This document shows positions 15,795-28,899 of a stretch of DNA of 64,000 nt, in pieces (position 1 is the first letter of the stretch; each line of letters starts with the position of its first letter). A program made the position numbers and the translations under genes. This DNA is from Anthoceros angustus. Lineage: Eukaryota > Plantae > Anthocerotophyta. Under the pieces are notes generated by a model that ran no database searches, was not told where the DNA came from, and saw only the letters and a program-made list of their open reading frames with translations. The stretch spans positions 558,001-622,000 of the forward strand of contig MU008170.1 of assembly GCA_010909165.1 (NCBI GenBank), written 5' to 3'.

Positions 15795-16658
15795 ATGGAG
15801 TTCTGGGGAGTGGAGGTGAAGCCTGGCGGGAAGAAGGTTCCCTGCAATCCCGGAGAAGACACATACTTGCACGTCACGCAGGTGGCGTTGGGAGAGATCA
15901 CAAACGGCAAAGAGGAGCGCGTGGTGATCCGGGTGGAGATTGACGGGAAGCAGGTGGTGCTGGGAACCCTGTCGCATGGCAAGTGCGATCAGATGAATTT
16001 GGACCTCATATTCGACAGGGAGTTCAAGCTGTTCCACAGCGGCACTCTCTCCAGCGTCTATGTGTGCGGCTACAAGACCGACACTCCTCGGGAGGACGAC
16101 TTCACCGACGATGAAGACGACGACGACGACGACGAGGATGACCTGGACGACGAGAAGGTTCCGCAGGCCGTGCCCTTGGCTAAGGCCAAGCCGGAGGCGG
16201 CTAAGGCAGGGGCTAAGGCATCTGCTCCGGTAGCTGCGCAGGATGAGGACGACGACATGGATGAGGATGACGACGAGGATGCGGATGAGGACGGCGAGGA
16301 AGAGGAGTCGTCTGAGGAAGAGGAAGAGCCGAAGCATGAGTCGAAGAAGAGAGCATTCCCTGCTTCCACAAACAAGGTCTCTCCGGCACCTAAAAAGGCG
16401 AAAGGCGGAGTAGAGACCCCTGAAGTGAAGGTGAAGGGCCCGGTGCCGCAGCCTGCCAGCGATGGCAAGGCAGCAGGTCAAAAGGGGGGCAAGAAGGGAG
16501 CCGACGGCGCCGCCAAGGATGCCAAGGATGCAAAGGACACGAAGACGAAGAAGTCCCCGGGTAAGTTGGCAGGGGACTATAAATGTGCATCCTGTTCTAA
16601 GGCATTCTCTTCCGAGTCAGGGTTAGCGCAACATACGTCCGCGAAGCACTCTTCTTGA
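15795..16658 (+). CDS. HDT: HD2/HDT plant-specific histone deacetylase/nucleoplasmin-like protein, intronless CDS
   Basis: Diagnostic MEFWGVEVKPG N-terminus, acidic tracts, Lys-rich region and C-terminal C2H2 finger CASCSKAFSSESGLAQHTSAKH. Confidence 0.95.
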   Translation: MEFWGVEVKPGGKKVPCNPGEDTYLHVTQVALGEITNGKEERVVIRVEIDGKQVVLGTLSHGKCDQMNLDLIFDREFKLFHSGTLSSVYVCGYKTDTPREDDFTDDEDDDDDDEDDLDDEKVPQAVPLAKAKPEAAKAGAKASAPVAAQDEDDDMDEDDDEDADEDGEEEESSEEEEEPKHESKKRAFPASTNKVSPAPKKAKGGVETPEVKVKGPVPQPASDGKAAGQKGGKKGADGAAKDAKDAKDTKTKKSPGKLAGDYKCASCSKAFSSESGLAQHTSAKHSS

Positions 16659-17753
16659 ATTGCCAGTTCGTTTTTGCGTGTTGCCATTTTAGATTAGGTG
16701 GTGTCTGTGCGGCGGGTGGGATAGTCTCGGGAGTGACAGGCCGGAGCAGTTGGCTGAGCCGAGGCCAGTTAGTTCCTAGAGTTGAGGTCCAAGAGTAGGC
16801 ATTCTAGGGCAGAGAAGCAGGTGGTATCTCAGCTCTTGCTGAATCATGTGTATGTTTCCAAGAGACGGCAAGCTCCCTGTGAGGTTGTGACGCCGGGTTC
16901 AGTTTGATTTTTAAGTTGAGGTGCTGGTAGGAGATTTTTGCGGCAATCCTGGATGTTGTATTTCAAGCTCATTACCGGTACTGTCCATTTCCTAGTTCTT
17001 GCTGGTTGTATTGGTTCCTAGTTTCATGGTCGTAGTGGCCTATTGTACCCCTTCATGGATCCTTTGAACAGTAACGCCGTCATATCGTCGCCTGGAACCG
17101 GAGAGGATTCGCACGGCTGTCTAGGCAATTTTGGAGAAATGATCTAGTGCTGGTAATATTTATTTAGTGTACCAATTTTATCACTATGAGAGCATAACGC
17201 ACTCGTGAATTGCACCATTGCTGCGTGTGGTCGACCCTCATCATCGTCAGGCTGTATATTGGACATCAGGAGGATTTTGGAATTGAGATTCAGCAGACGG
17301 CAACTTACCTGGCGAACAATTAAGCTTGATCTCAGCTGCCATTGAAACACTGAACTCGTGGGCTTGGAAGTCTCGGAATTGCAAGCTGTCTTGGACGTGG
17401 AATGCGTGGGGTAGGAAGGCTTCGGGATTGCGAGCTATCTTGGGCTCGCAGTGCGTGGGGTAGGAAGGTCTCGGGATGGCAAGCTCGCTGCTGGGTTTTT
17501 AGGCAGAATTTGAAGTTGAGGGTTTTGGAGGATGTGACGAGGCTAAGATGGTGTAACTTGAGCTCATGAACATGTCTGTGTCTGTTTATCTGTGTATCTG
17601 TGTGTGTGATTTTGTCTTGTCCTTCTTGAGTTTTGCATAATAGCGGTGGTCGTTTGCAACTCACTATGAAACCCAGTCTTTCAACTCTTGGACGAACAGC
17701 GAAAACCAACTACGACATGATGTTGTGCGTTGTCCACAGTTGTGGTAGAAATG

Positions 17754-18172
17754 GCATCCTTCGCGGTTAAGAAGCAGGATGCGTCTGGGTGCAAGCGCTC
17801 CGGGCCTACCGGCGTGCTGGTTAAGAAGGTGACTCGGTGGAAAATCTAGGGGCGTCACGCCGTCGTGGTCAAGCAGGAGGCTGTGTCTCGGTCGAAGGGC
17901 TCGGGGCTGGCTATGTCGTGGTCAAGCAGGACCAGGTGTCTCGGTCCAAGACCGCTGGGCGGACCTCCGTCGTTTTAAAGGAGGAGGATGTCTCGGTCCA
18001 ACACCCCCGGGCACACTGCCGTCGAGCTCGAGGAGGAGGATGTGTCTCGGTCGAAGAGCTCCGGGCCAGCAAGGGCTCCGGGCGTGGCTCGCGTACTGCC
18101 GCTGTGGTCAAGAAGGAGGATGCGTCTCAGCCTGAGAGCCCCGTGAAAGAGAGGGAACGTTATCACGAGTGA
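17754..18172 (+). repeat. Degenerate ~55-bp tandem repeat with coding-like character (VKxE/D motifs), frame-shifted
   Basis: About six or seven units like gtggtcaagNaggagNNtgtgtctcggtc...cgggc. Confidence 0.55.
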
Positions 18173-18332
18173 GGTTGTGCTTCTCTTTTTGATGGTGAGC
18201 GTGAATGTGATGGAAATGAGAGTAACTCTGACAACGATTAAGAGCACCCAAGAAAGCACAGCACAATTACCGGGTCCAAGCGGATAGGTTGAGCAAATAT
18301 GTATATCAGAGCACAAACATGAGACAGGTACG

Positions 18333-21300
18333 TCAACCAGGACAAGAATGCCTTGCGTATCTCATCTTCTCTAACATTGATTGGACGTTTCTCGCTTGCC
18401 CTTGTTGGAACTCTTCGATTTCACGAAGCAAAGCTCTGTACAACAACAGAGAGAAGTCATTCAATTGGCCCCATACTCTTTGTCAGGCTCGTCTGTGGAA
18501 ACAGCTTTACCTTAGCTTGTCATTCTCCTTCTGCGATGCCTGTAGGCTTTCGTCGTCCTGCAAGTCTGGATAGGTCAGTCTAGTTCAGTCTCTCAAGTTG
18601 GTCTCAAACGGGACACCTGGTAGATGTGCCAAACCTTTTTCCTGGAGGCATGAAGTGCAGTAACTTGTTCGTTGCACTTCTGGATGGTGTCCTTCAGTTT
18701 TGCAAGCTCCAGCTCATTCTGGAGAGCAGTGAAAACAAACGTCAGGGATCATTCCAAAGCACTTAGCCACCTTAAGCGGTGCTATCAGGGATTCTTGGTA
18801 TACTGAACCTTTCGGTTTACAGCTTCGGCTGCACATAGATCAGTCTGTAAGACCTGCACCGTTCTTTCTGCACCATCTTTGGATAATATTAACTGCGAGA
18901 CGCAAAACGAGAGCCCAATAGTAATGAAGAAATGTATTCATGCACCTGCCCCACTCAAGTTTAAGCACCTGACGTTACAGCCTTCGTGGTTGCTCGCAAA
19001 GCCCATTGAGTGTGCTACGAGAAATACCTGCTTGCACTCTCCAGAGAGGGCAGCATTGGACCTTCCCAGCTCTTCATTTTCCTTTTGTAGCATATCCACC
19101 TTGAAACTTTCCTGAAAAAGTGTGAACGACACGTTAAGGTTGAATAGAACACACGTAAAGCCCAGGCAACTACCGAACTTGAATTGACCAGATAGTGAGA
19201 AGTACTGAGATGCACCCGCTCAAGCTGTTTGCCCAAAACATCCAATGTTTCCTGCAAGCTTCGCACTGATTCCTGCAGGGTAGGGCACCGAGATCAGTAC
19301 CTGAGCATGAGACTAATCACATGGTTCGAACAGTGGTCTGACTATCTTTATGTATACATTGACCAAACTTGGCAGATTTGAAATCCATCTGTGTCTCAGT
19401 GCGATTCACTTCAGGAACTACGAACCAGTCAAACTAGCACCCCTAAAAAGAACAGACCTTGGCAGCACCCAGTTCAGTAAATAGCCTGTCTGCTGTGCCT
19501 TTTCTCTCTACTACTTCCTGCACAAAACAGTAAGCAGACTTAGTGCTCCAACCACATAACCCAAAGTGGATCGCTCCATCACAGTCCATATGTCATGCCA
19601 CAGAAAGACCATACAAGGAGACCTTACACTCAGCAAAATGGCTTTCTCTTTCTCATAAGTTACTGTGGACTGTTGTAGAGTCTGCATCTTGTTTTCGACC
19701 TCCAACTCCAGCCTTTGGACCTACTTTTGCACCACTTTACTACAATGAGCCAAGGAAACCAACACATCATATGCACTTGAAGTAGAAGCAGGTACATACA
19801 TGCAGCCTACGTTCCTCTTGCTCTTGTATAAGACAGGAATTGGACTTTTTAAGCTCTTCCACGGATCTGCCAACTACATGTAGTGTTAATATAGAAAGGA
19901 ACCAGGGACAAAATAGTGTTGTCATTTGTACAGGAACTACTTGCTAACATGAGCAGAACTTGCCGGGCGACATGTTGCTCCATCTTACCTTTGAAAGTCG
20001 GCTGCCTTTTGTTCTGATATGCTCATCTTCGAACCTGCCTCCATGATCCGTCTTTCTTTTTCATGTAGCTCCAGCAACCGCGCCTGCAAAACTGAACTAA
20101 CCTTGTTAATCACAGTCGGAATACTTGAAGATGTTTTGGCAGAGAACGAAATAGGATTTAGTAACATCCTGGAGCTAGAGATGGAGGGAGCATAAATCTA
20201 ATCTACCTGCACAGTTCGTAGGACATACACACACCTGAGCATTTGCTTTCAAATTTTCGTTCTCTATGTCCAAAGCTTCTTCTCTAGTTTCAGTTGCCCG
20301 CAGCCTCGAGTGCAGCCTTTCTATCTCTACCTCAAGATCCTGAACACGCTGATCAATGCCAGATCTCAGCTTCGAGTTTTCAGCTTCTAGGGCCACTACC
20401 CGTTGATCTTTTGCCTGTGTGGTCTCTTTAAGCTTTTCATTCTCCATCTCAAGAGCACGCAGCCTCAAGTCTCCAGATACAACCTGAAGTGGACCACGGA
20501 TGACAGGTTCCTCAGTTTTGGAACTGAGATCCACTGATACGTAAGAGAACAAATACATCTCGGCTTACATAATTGTTATCAGGTAATCCTCCACGATCTG
20601 GGATCCACACAGACTGACCCTGCCGAATCGGATTGCTTCTTCCCATAATGGCATTGAGCCTCTGTTCAATCCTCCTACTAGCTGGCAGAGGTGCATCTTC
20701 CTGTGCATGATCATTTCCTTGTTGCATCTGGGGAGAGTCTTGGATCACGTGGTCCAAGTCAGGAGGCTGTACATTTTTCGGCGACTCAAACTGCCCTGTT
20801 GCTTGACGTCCTGGTGATGGGTTGGTAAACAGGGTCTAAACGTTAGCAGGGATATCCCCAAGCATTCTTAACCTCTGAAGAGGGTAAAAGTGCAGTGCAA
20901 CATTCTGACAAAAAAAACCCACCATCATTCACCTGCACTCGTCTTCGTTTAGTGCTACGCCAACCCTCAGTATCCAGCTCCTGCTCCTCCTCTCTTCGTT
21001 CCAAGAGCCTCTGGAACTTTGAGACTATGACTGGGGTTTTAGGTAGGCGACTCATTCTTCCAACACCTACAACTGCAGGAAGACCATGTCGTTCACTGAA
21101 AGCACAAAGATATTGAGTATAACTCATGTGACAGCTGATCGTCAATGAAAATAAAGAATTTATAGAAGTTTAGGCCGACCTGGCAGTTCAGGGAAACTTT
21201 GCACTACATATGCATCAGAAAAATATTTGCCTACACAACGCCTCAAAAGGTGAGAAAAGCTACACAAGCAGAGCTGAATTTCAAGACAGACACTGAACCA

Positions 21301-22708
21301 GCATTTTAGGTGACTAGTTTCCGACCATTGCCACCATATCCTCCAAAAACGTAAAGGCTTCTATCTTTCGACACCAAGCTGTGTGCTGCCCGTCCTTGAT
21401 GATCTTGAGACAAAGCAGCATTGACAATGCGTTCTCCAATGGACTTGCGACCAGGATGCTGAGTTCTTCGCAGAATTGCAGACACATGCCACCTGTATGA
21501 AGCAGAAGCCCGGGCAGACTGCGCTGCATGAACCTGAGCAACAAGGACATATTTGTTTGGTGAAATTCAGCGAGCAAGGGATTGTTTCAACGAAAGACCA
21601 CTATCACCTGTAGGACAAGGGTGTCAAATAGTCTCTTGTCCAGGGTTCTTCCACCGTGGACTACAATCTGGTTGCATCCTATCAGAGTGGCTTTATGGCT
21701 AGATCTTGGCGATGGTGATACTCCTCTAGTCTTTGGGAATATCCACTTGTTCTCCACTGTGTCGTACACACTGCAAATAGATTGAAGAGCACGAATGAAG
21801 ACGTCGGTACTATTGTATCAAACAAAACCAAGAGCCCAATATCTTCTGAGAAGCATAAAGCCAGACTTAAGGACTGGCTCCACTTAAGGATGCTCAATAG
21901 ATCCAACAGTGAACCTCAGAATGCCAGCAGATATATCGCCAGTCGCTCCCTTACCCCCAAAGAGGGCAACATTTGTGCCAAAAGCAGTGAAGGTGTGATA
22001 CCCTCGCTCACCTGGAGCTTTCCCTGTGGGTGTTACCTCTTCCCACTGCAGGGAATCTGAACTCACGCAACAACAGCTTCAGCTAGACTACCTTCTGAGA
22101 ACCGACCTTCACACAATACCAATAAGGAGGCAGTGAGAGTATACCGGTATGCAGAATTGCAAGGTCCTTCAACCACGAGCGGTTCTTGTCACTGTTGCCA
22201 CCATATCCACCAAACACGAGGATGGCATTTTTTCGAACAGGATGGACGACAGCTGCATGAGCTCCACGCAGCATGTTCGCAATCGAGCCTTTGGTTGCAG
22301 GAATTGACCACTGTAGCACGAACAACGTCATAAGCTACTGCAGGAGGCAAGCTAAATACCGATTGCTCTGCCAAACCAATACCGTCTCCCAATATTCCTT
22401 GACGACCCGGGAGCGCACAGAATGTGTAACAACAAAAATACCTCCAAACTGTCTGTGTTGAGGACATGAACATCTCCAAGCATATCCTTCTGACCGGTAC
22501 CTCCGATCACCCACAGCTCGTTGTTGGCCACCAGAGTCGCAGTATGGTAGGCTCGAGGAGCAAAAGGAGCACACTGCAGCTGCTCCCAGACTTCCACCTC
22601 CGTATCAAACACCCACAGGTCGTTCAAAAATTCCTTTCCGTTGCGGCCGCCTAAAACAAACATGCGTGTGCCGACCAGGGTGGCAGAATGGCCAGCTCGG
22701 CCAGCCAT
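18333..22708 (-). CDS. Kelch-repeat protein with long C-terminal coiled coil (multi-exon; 5' end uncertain)
   Basis: Kelch motifs GRAGHSATLVGTRMFVLGG, PRAYHTATLV, ERGYHTFT and PRSSHKATLIG. Coiled-coil exons run from ~20480 to 18333, and the last exon reads ALLREIEEFQQG...HSCPG*. Confidence 0.85.
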
Positions 22709-23232
22709 CCCGGCATGCTCTGCAGCATTGAAAAGGTTCCATCATCATGGTCTGGATGCCACCAGCCAGCCTTCCTTTCACCGGGAAAAGAATTGGTCAC
22801 AGCACAAGATGCGGTAGCAGCAATTGCTGTCCCCACCCCACAAAATTCACAAAAACTGCCAAATTTTGGACTGGCACAATTGGCAATCCAATTCCAAGCT
22901 GCAGTCACCTGGAAGCCGTCGCCATTCGAGCTGCAGAGTTGAGCGCATCCTGAGACTCAGCTGTTTACTGAGCCCCGCCCTCCGCTCTTCTCAAGCGAAT
23001 TGAATAATTAAACTTCTTTCTGCTTCTGTACATGCCAACACAACGATAGCAGTCTTCTATGCCCCGCAGCCTTTGAACAGTGTGTGAACTTGTTAACTTG
23101 GCATAGAAGTACTTGATTTAGCCAAGGACAAAGCAGTGGTAGGTCAATCAAACTCACTTGACCCACAATGTCTAACCCAAATTAAGCCTTTAGTCATGTT
23201 CTTTTAACATTGTATATAATTTTGGTATCATA

Positions 23233-23738
23233 TCATATTAAGGTTATTCTTTATAAAAAATTATATTTTCTATCTTACTAAAAATAATTAAAAATATTTG
23301 ATCAATATATCTTGTTGTAAGATAAAAAAATCTTTAAAAAAACTCACAAATGCTCAAGGAATGAGAGTCGTTACTACTTACTTTATTACTTATCCGATGG
23401 TCCAGATTTTTGATGCGATAGAAATACCCTTTCTTAGACTATGTGCGTTACTTTTTTTCAAAAGAAAAGTAAATTGTTTTTGAAAACTATAATAGTTAAA
23501 GTATTTTTTATTTTTCCGGAAAAAAAGAACACATAATCCAAGAAAAGACCTTTCAATTGCATCAAAAATTTGGACCATGGAATTAGTATGCACGTAGTAA
23601 TGTCATCCATTTCTCGAGGGGTTGATGAGTTTTCTAAAAGATTCTTTTGCATTTGGAACGAATATCATAGTTAAATTGTTTTAATTTTTTTCTACAACAT
23701 AAGCATAGAACCCTACACTAAAGGCAACCTTAATATGA
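23233..23738. mobile_element. Foldback/MITE-like ~500-bp imperfect palindrome
   Basis: Ends tcatattaaggtt / aaccttaatatga are exact reverse complements. The arms align through atggtccagatttttgatgc / gcatcaaaaatttggaccat, with the centre near 23490. Confidence 0.8.
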
Positions 23739-24148
23739 TTTCTTGTCATGTATTTTTTGTGCTAGAAGAGGCATAAAGAAGGGCATAAAGAGGGGCAAAG
23801 TCTCAAATCGAGATCACTGGTTATTCTGGGGTTAAATACAAAAGAATTTTGCGGAGAGTGTGTGTGGGGTGGAGACGAGCTTCAGGTGCAGGACTTAGCG
23901 CTATACGTCCATCAATGGGATCTAAGGCCATACCGTCATTTGACGAAGATCATAGCAAGTGAGCAGGTGTTTTGTGTGCTGGACACCTAATACGTGTCCC
24001 TAATATGTTCTTCACCTACATATATATTATATATGTAGGTATGTGCATACCTCGCAGGTACCTATATCTTGAATAGTACCAGGAGAAAAGAAGAAATCTA
24101 TTTACATGAGGACAACGGGGAAGGGAACCCTACCTTCGAGTGCGTGCG

Positions 24149-25398
24149 ATGGAATTTTCAGGAGGGAAAAAGTATGGATTGCATCTGCGGACGCCCGTTG
24201 CTGCACAGAGCAAGAAGCCTGTCAAGAAACCCGTAGCTCTACCTTCTGTGTTTGGCGAGGATGACGAGGACACGGTGGAGGATGAACTGGCCCGTCAAGC
24301 TCTCAAGAAGAGATCCCTTCGGGAGGTACGGAGTTCTACTCTTTGCCTGAAGGATGCACGCAGGGAAGCTTCCTGTAGTGAGGTCGCGTAGCTGTGTGTT
24401 TTCGTCTTTGTGATCAGGCTGAAGAGCAGCAGAAGCGCGCTCTGGAGGAGGATCCAAATGTTTTCGACTACGATGCTGTCTACGACAGCATGAAGGATCA
24501 GCAAGTTCGGCCAATTTTGCAGGACCGAGCGCAGCGAGAAGTAAGCCAATGTCCTTCACCTTGCCAGGTTGCCTCACTTTACGGTCCTGTAGGAGAGCTG
24601 GTTGAATTACTTACAGTTCTTGTTGTCTTGAAGAACAGTCCAAGTACATCGGGAAGCTTGTGGAGAAGGCAAAAGCCCGTGCACAAGAGCAGGAGATCGT
24701 GCGAGAGAAACTTCTTCTGAAAGAGCGCATGAAGGAGGATGACCAGTACAAGGACAAGGACAAATTTGTGACAAGTGCATACAAGAAGAAGTTGGCTGAG
24801 CAGGCGAAGTGGGTGGAGGAGGAACGGCGGAGAGAGCTTCGTGATCAAGCAGAAGAGGTAGAGCGGTTGGCTGTCCACAAAATGCTTGTGTGGTGGAAGG
24901 AAGTTGGGAGCCATGTCTAACCATGTTGCTGTTGCGGTTGGGAAATTGTGGCAGGTTACGAAGAAATCTGACCTTAGTGATTTCTATCGAAATTTGATGG
25001 GGAAGAATGTGGCCTTTGGAGCAGGAAGAAGGGAAAGTGGTGAGAAGGTGCCCACACCCTCCGAGGCTGAGGTACTGGAGGCTAGCAAAACTAGAGTAGG
25101 GTTAGCAGCAGAATCTGCAGATCGGGCCCCCTCACCTTCACCCAGCAGGCCTGTTGAAGACACCAAGGAGCTGGATGGCCCAGAGAAACGGCAAGACGAT
25201 GATGCTGGGACAGAACCTAAAACTGAAAGAGCGTTAGTAGCTGCTGATGCAGCCTCGGAGGGGGCAAAGGAAGTTGCCAAGGACGTAGCAGCCGTGGCAG
25301 ACACACAGCAAAAGCCGACTCAAGAGGCAGACAGAGGCAGCCAAATATTATCTGCCAGAGAAAGGTTCTTAGCGAGGAAGAGACTCCGTGAAAGCTAA
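24149..25398 (+). CDS. NSRP1: Nuclear speckle splicing regulatory protein 1-like (DUF2040/CCDC55), 4 exons
   Basis: KKYGL, ALEEDPNVFDYDAVYDSMK, DKDKFVTSAYKKKL, DLSDFYRNL and terminal SARERFLARK. Confidence 0.9.
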
Positions 25399-25566
25399 AT
25401 TCACCGATTTCTTGAGGTCAACTGCTTCCAGTGTTGAGGCCTTTGTGTCGTGGCCAATTCCCGCGTACATGCCATAGTTCATTGGCGTCGAGCGCAGTTG
25501 GAGAGTCTCTTGCTCTCGAGAAATCTTCAACACACTCCACCGTTCGTTGTAAGACTCGGACGGTTC

Positions 25567-26385
25567 TCAAACAGATTGCAGCACTCCCAATATCTCTTGG
25601 GCGTTTCTTAGCCTGTCGCTCGTCTCTTCATTTTCTTCGTGTAAGCTAACAAGGCTCTGTATCTCATCCTCCCACTTTTCCATCTGACTTTGATGCAGCC
25701 TGATGAGACTGTCAAGACTAAACTCGCATTGGCCGGAATCGAGCAGAAGCATCAAATCAGCAGTCGTGCTGCAACCTTGATAAGGATACTGAAAAATTCT
25801 TTCCTCAAAATCACTTGCTGCCAGTTGAAAGTATGCTTTACCAGCGTCTAGAAGGCTAGACACCTACAGGCAGGAATCCGGTCACAGCAAGGAAGCTCCG
25901 ATGATCATCAGGTGTGGAGGCTCTACGGACCTGCTGAGTGAAGTTGTCCATCTTCTGGCGTATTTGTTGAATAATCGCGTCAATGCCACTGTCAGCCTTG
26001 GCTTGCAAGGCCTCCGTGTCACATCTGTCCAGACTGGCATTAGTCTGTGGCTGCTTGCCCATTCCTGCTGTGTGATTGACGGCAAACTTTGATAACGGGC
26101 TACTGTTTGGCAGCTTGTCATCAGATTGCACGTCACTCCCACTCGGAGCCTGCTGCTGCAATTTTGAAATCGCAGCCGATCAGTAAATACACTATGCAGC
26201 ACCCCTGGCCGCCTTTGCACGCACCCGACCTTTGCCTATAACACCGCATCAAATCATGACAGGGAATGATGTCATCAGACGAGGCCGTACAAGCATTTTT
26301 CGCTTCCTCGCCGGCTCGAGGCCTGGAGAGGTTGATCTGGTAGGACTTTCCATTTGCACTTGTGCTGCTTGCCATCCCAAACATG
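25567..26385 (-). CDS. Small plant coiled-coil protein, function unknown (multi-exon; start uncertain)
   Basis: Exons IQQIRQKMDNFTQQ | VSSLLDAGKAYFQLAASDFEERI | LHQSQMEKWEDEIQSL...RLRNAQEIL, joined by short introns. Confidence 0.6.
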
Positions 26386-27909
26386 AAAAACTCAGTCCCG
26401 GAAGAAGTGCTCAAACGACAAGGCCTTGCACTCAGGAAAGGCCTTGCAGTCTCATTCTCAGATTGCCAACTTACAAATTCCCTCCTGAGCCTGAGCCATG
26501 CACCTCACAATTTCGTTCATAGAATTTCAAACCGCTGATTCCGTTAAAGCTAGTTGTGCACCTATCAAGACCGGAAGAGAGCGCTCACAGAAGAAGCCCT
26601 GCCGCCGACAAAACCATATGGTAAGAGGCGTTCCAATGACGTTCATAGAGTTCATGGCATGCCAGGAAACAAACAGACAGCATGCAATTAACCTTTGTAC
26701 AGAGCTAGATCGGGAGCGAAGGGAAGCAGGGAGGAAAGAAAAACTTTGTAATTCGCGATTCGCAAGTTCGAGACTTCGCCACCGAAAACGGCAAGACCTC
26801 CAGTCCGGGCCTGCCTTGTATTCCAATTGGGGGAATGCCGGGCTGCCCGTGACTTGCTTTGAAAGAAGGCTTCCCCGCTTTGTATCCTCGACCACAACTG
26901 CGGGGCGCGGCAACCTAAACAGTTAGCAGGTGTATGTTTAACGTTATAATGCTGGTGTCTGGGGACGGTCCCCATTTGGTGTGCGAGGAACCAACATGTG
27001 ATGAGGGATTGTCAATATGAAAAAATGATGCCCAAGCGGGACATCACGAACCATATGGCGGTGATATCGATGGGATCGAAGCTGGTCAACTTTGAATCGC
27101 ACAGGTACTTCGCAACGGTATTATTACGTTAAAAGGATGCCAACAATTACCCATTTCACCCTCGTCATTGAATGGCAGGCTCTAACGTATATAGGAGTGA
27201 ATTACGTTTAAAATTCATAGTTATTTGTGGTTGTTGGACGTCGAGGCAGCACTTAGGTCTAGTATGCTCCAGGGCTGACGTTCAAGGGTGGTGGGTCTGG
27301 CCCTAGCCAGTAAGTTAGGCCTCTCTCTCTCTCGTAAGACTCTTAGTATGCTGTTATACCTCACACACCTGCTTTCATACAGACATACAAATGACACTAA
27401 AGACTAGTGATGCTGGTTATGATGCCAATATGTAGAACAAGGAAAGATTGGCTGATGCTCAGCTACTTGTCCTTCAGCCTGCACGTTCACCGTCAACTCA
27501 CAGTGCAAAAGAACCACGTATGAAATCTCGAAACAAGGACTTTATGTTTGGGACACACACACTGAGTGATGATCAGATTCACTGGACTGCAGGGCAAGGG
27601 AATGGCTTGGATGAGCCAGCCTTGTCGTGCAAAGACGTCCAAGTGAACAGAGATTGGGCCTGAGAATTGCCTTCTTCTTGCCTATGGCTCACCAGCCTTG
27701 ACCTCTTATACATTCATCGAACCCAAGGGAGCACACCCTACAGTTAGGATGAGGGCCTGCCCTTCTCACAAATTCAAATTGCTCCCTATCGCTTCCTACA
27801 ATCTCACTCCCTACCTATTCTCAACATGTGCCACAAACTAGGTAGGCAGGCAAGCTCTTGGCTTCGTTCAGCCGTGTTCACACAGCGTGCACATCCTATT
27901 GTGTGCACG

Positions 27910-27961
27910 AGGCTCGAGGAGCACGCAGGATGTTCACACAGCGTGCGTGCTCCTCGAGCCT
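27910..27961. repeat. Perfect 18-bp inverted repeat hairpin with 16-nt loop
   Basis: aggctcgaggagcacgca / tgcgtgctcctcgagcct. Confidence 0.9.
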
Positions 27962-28189
27962 GCAATTTCCCCGAGCTGACAATTTCACCCCTTGTTGATT
28001 TGATGCCAACCTCCCCATTTTCATCCAGAATTCTATCCTTTGTAAAAACAAGTTTCACACACACACCTTCATGCACCATACCGTTGTTACTACCGCTCCA
28101 CTCATATCCCTGGGCTAAGCCATTACTACCCTGAGAACTACTCCTTGCTGGACGTGTTGCCAACAAGTGCGAGGCTCCTAAGTACACTC

Positions 28190-28540
28190 TTGGTAGCGCC
28201 TTAAGCATCCTATAGGTAAATGGGGCATCCTTCCCACATATTCCACACTTCGCTGTTAATTTGAGTACGGTGTCGGCCAGCGGTATAATCATAAATAATG
28301 GCTGGGCTAAGCAATCACCATCCAAACTAGTGACGATAATCTTGTTCCCTATAGTAGGCTCTTTTTCACAAAACTTTTGTATGTCTGCCAAAAATTGAGC
28401 CTCATCCATTCCTATCACCTCCATTGAATCAAACATTTTTTATCCAATTTTGGTCACTACAGTTGTAATCACTACATCTTAATCACTCTCCTAACAAGAT
28501 TAATCACCTTTCATAAAGCCTCTCAATCTGTCAGGCTTAT
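28190..28540 (-). pseudogene. Thymidine kinase (TK1 family) C-terminal fragment, copy 1
   Basis: VIGMDEAQF, LDGD and IIPLADTVLKLTAKCGICGKDAPFTYR. The N-terminal P-loop is absent. Confidence 0.85.
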
Positions 28541-28580
28541 TCCAATAAAATTAGACACAGCTTGTCAAATTAGACATCGA

Positions 28581-28837
28581 AATAAGCTTGGTAGATTGAG
28601 AGGCTTTATGAAGGTGGCTAATCTTGTTAAGAGAGTGATCAAGATGCAGTGATGAGAACTGTAGTGATCAAAATTGGATCAGAAATGTTTGATTCAGTGG
28701 GGGTGATAGAAATGGATGAGGCTCAATTTTTGGCAGATATGGAAGAGTTTTGTGAAAAGGAGCCTAATGTAGGGAACAAGATTGTAATCGCTCGCGTGGA
28801 TAGTGATTGCTTAGCCTAGCCATTCCAGCCATTACTA
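28581..28837 (+). pseudogene. Thymidine kinase fragment, copy 2 (inverted partner of copy 1)
   Basis: VIEMDEAQFLAD...VDSDCLA*PF; aligns with the reverse complement of ~28300-28540. Confidence 0.85.
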
Positions 28838-28899
28838 CCGAGAACTACTCCTTCGGACGTGTTGCCAACAAGTGCGAGGCTCCTAAGTACACTCTTGGC

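Noticed and set aside
27804-28436. 210-aa ORF as a functional thymidine kinase
   Set aside because: No P-loop half, and the C-terminal ~125 aa are read-through into unrelated sequence.
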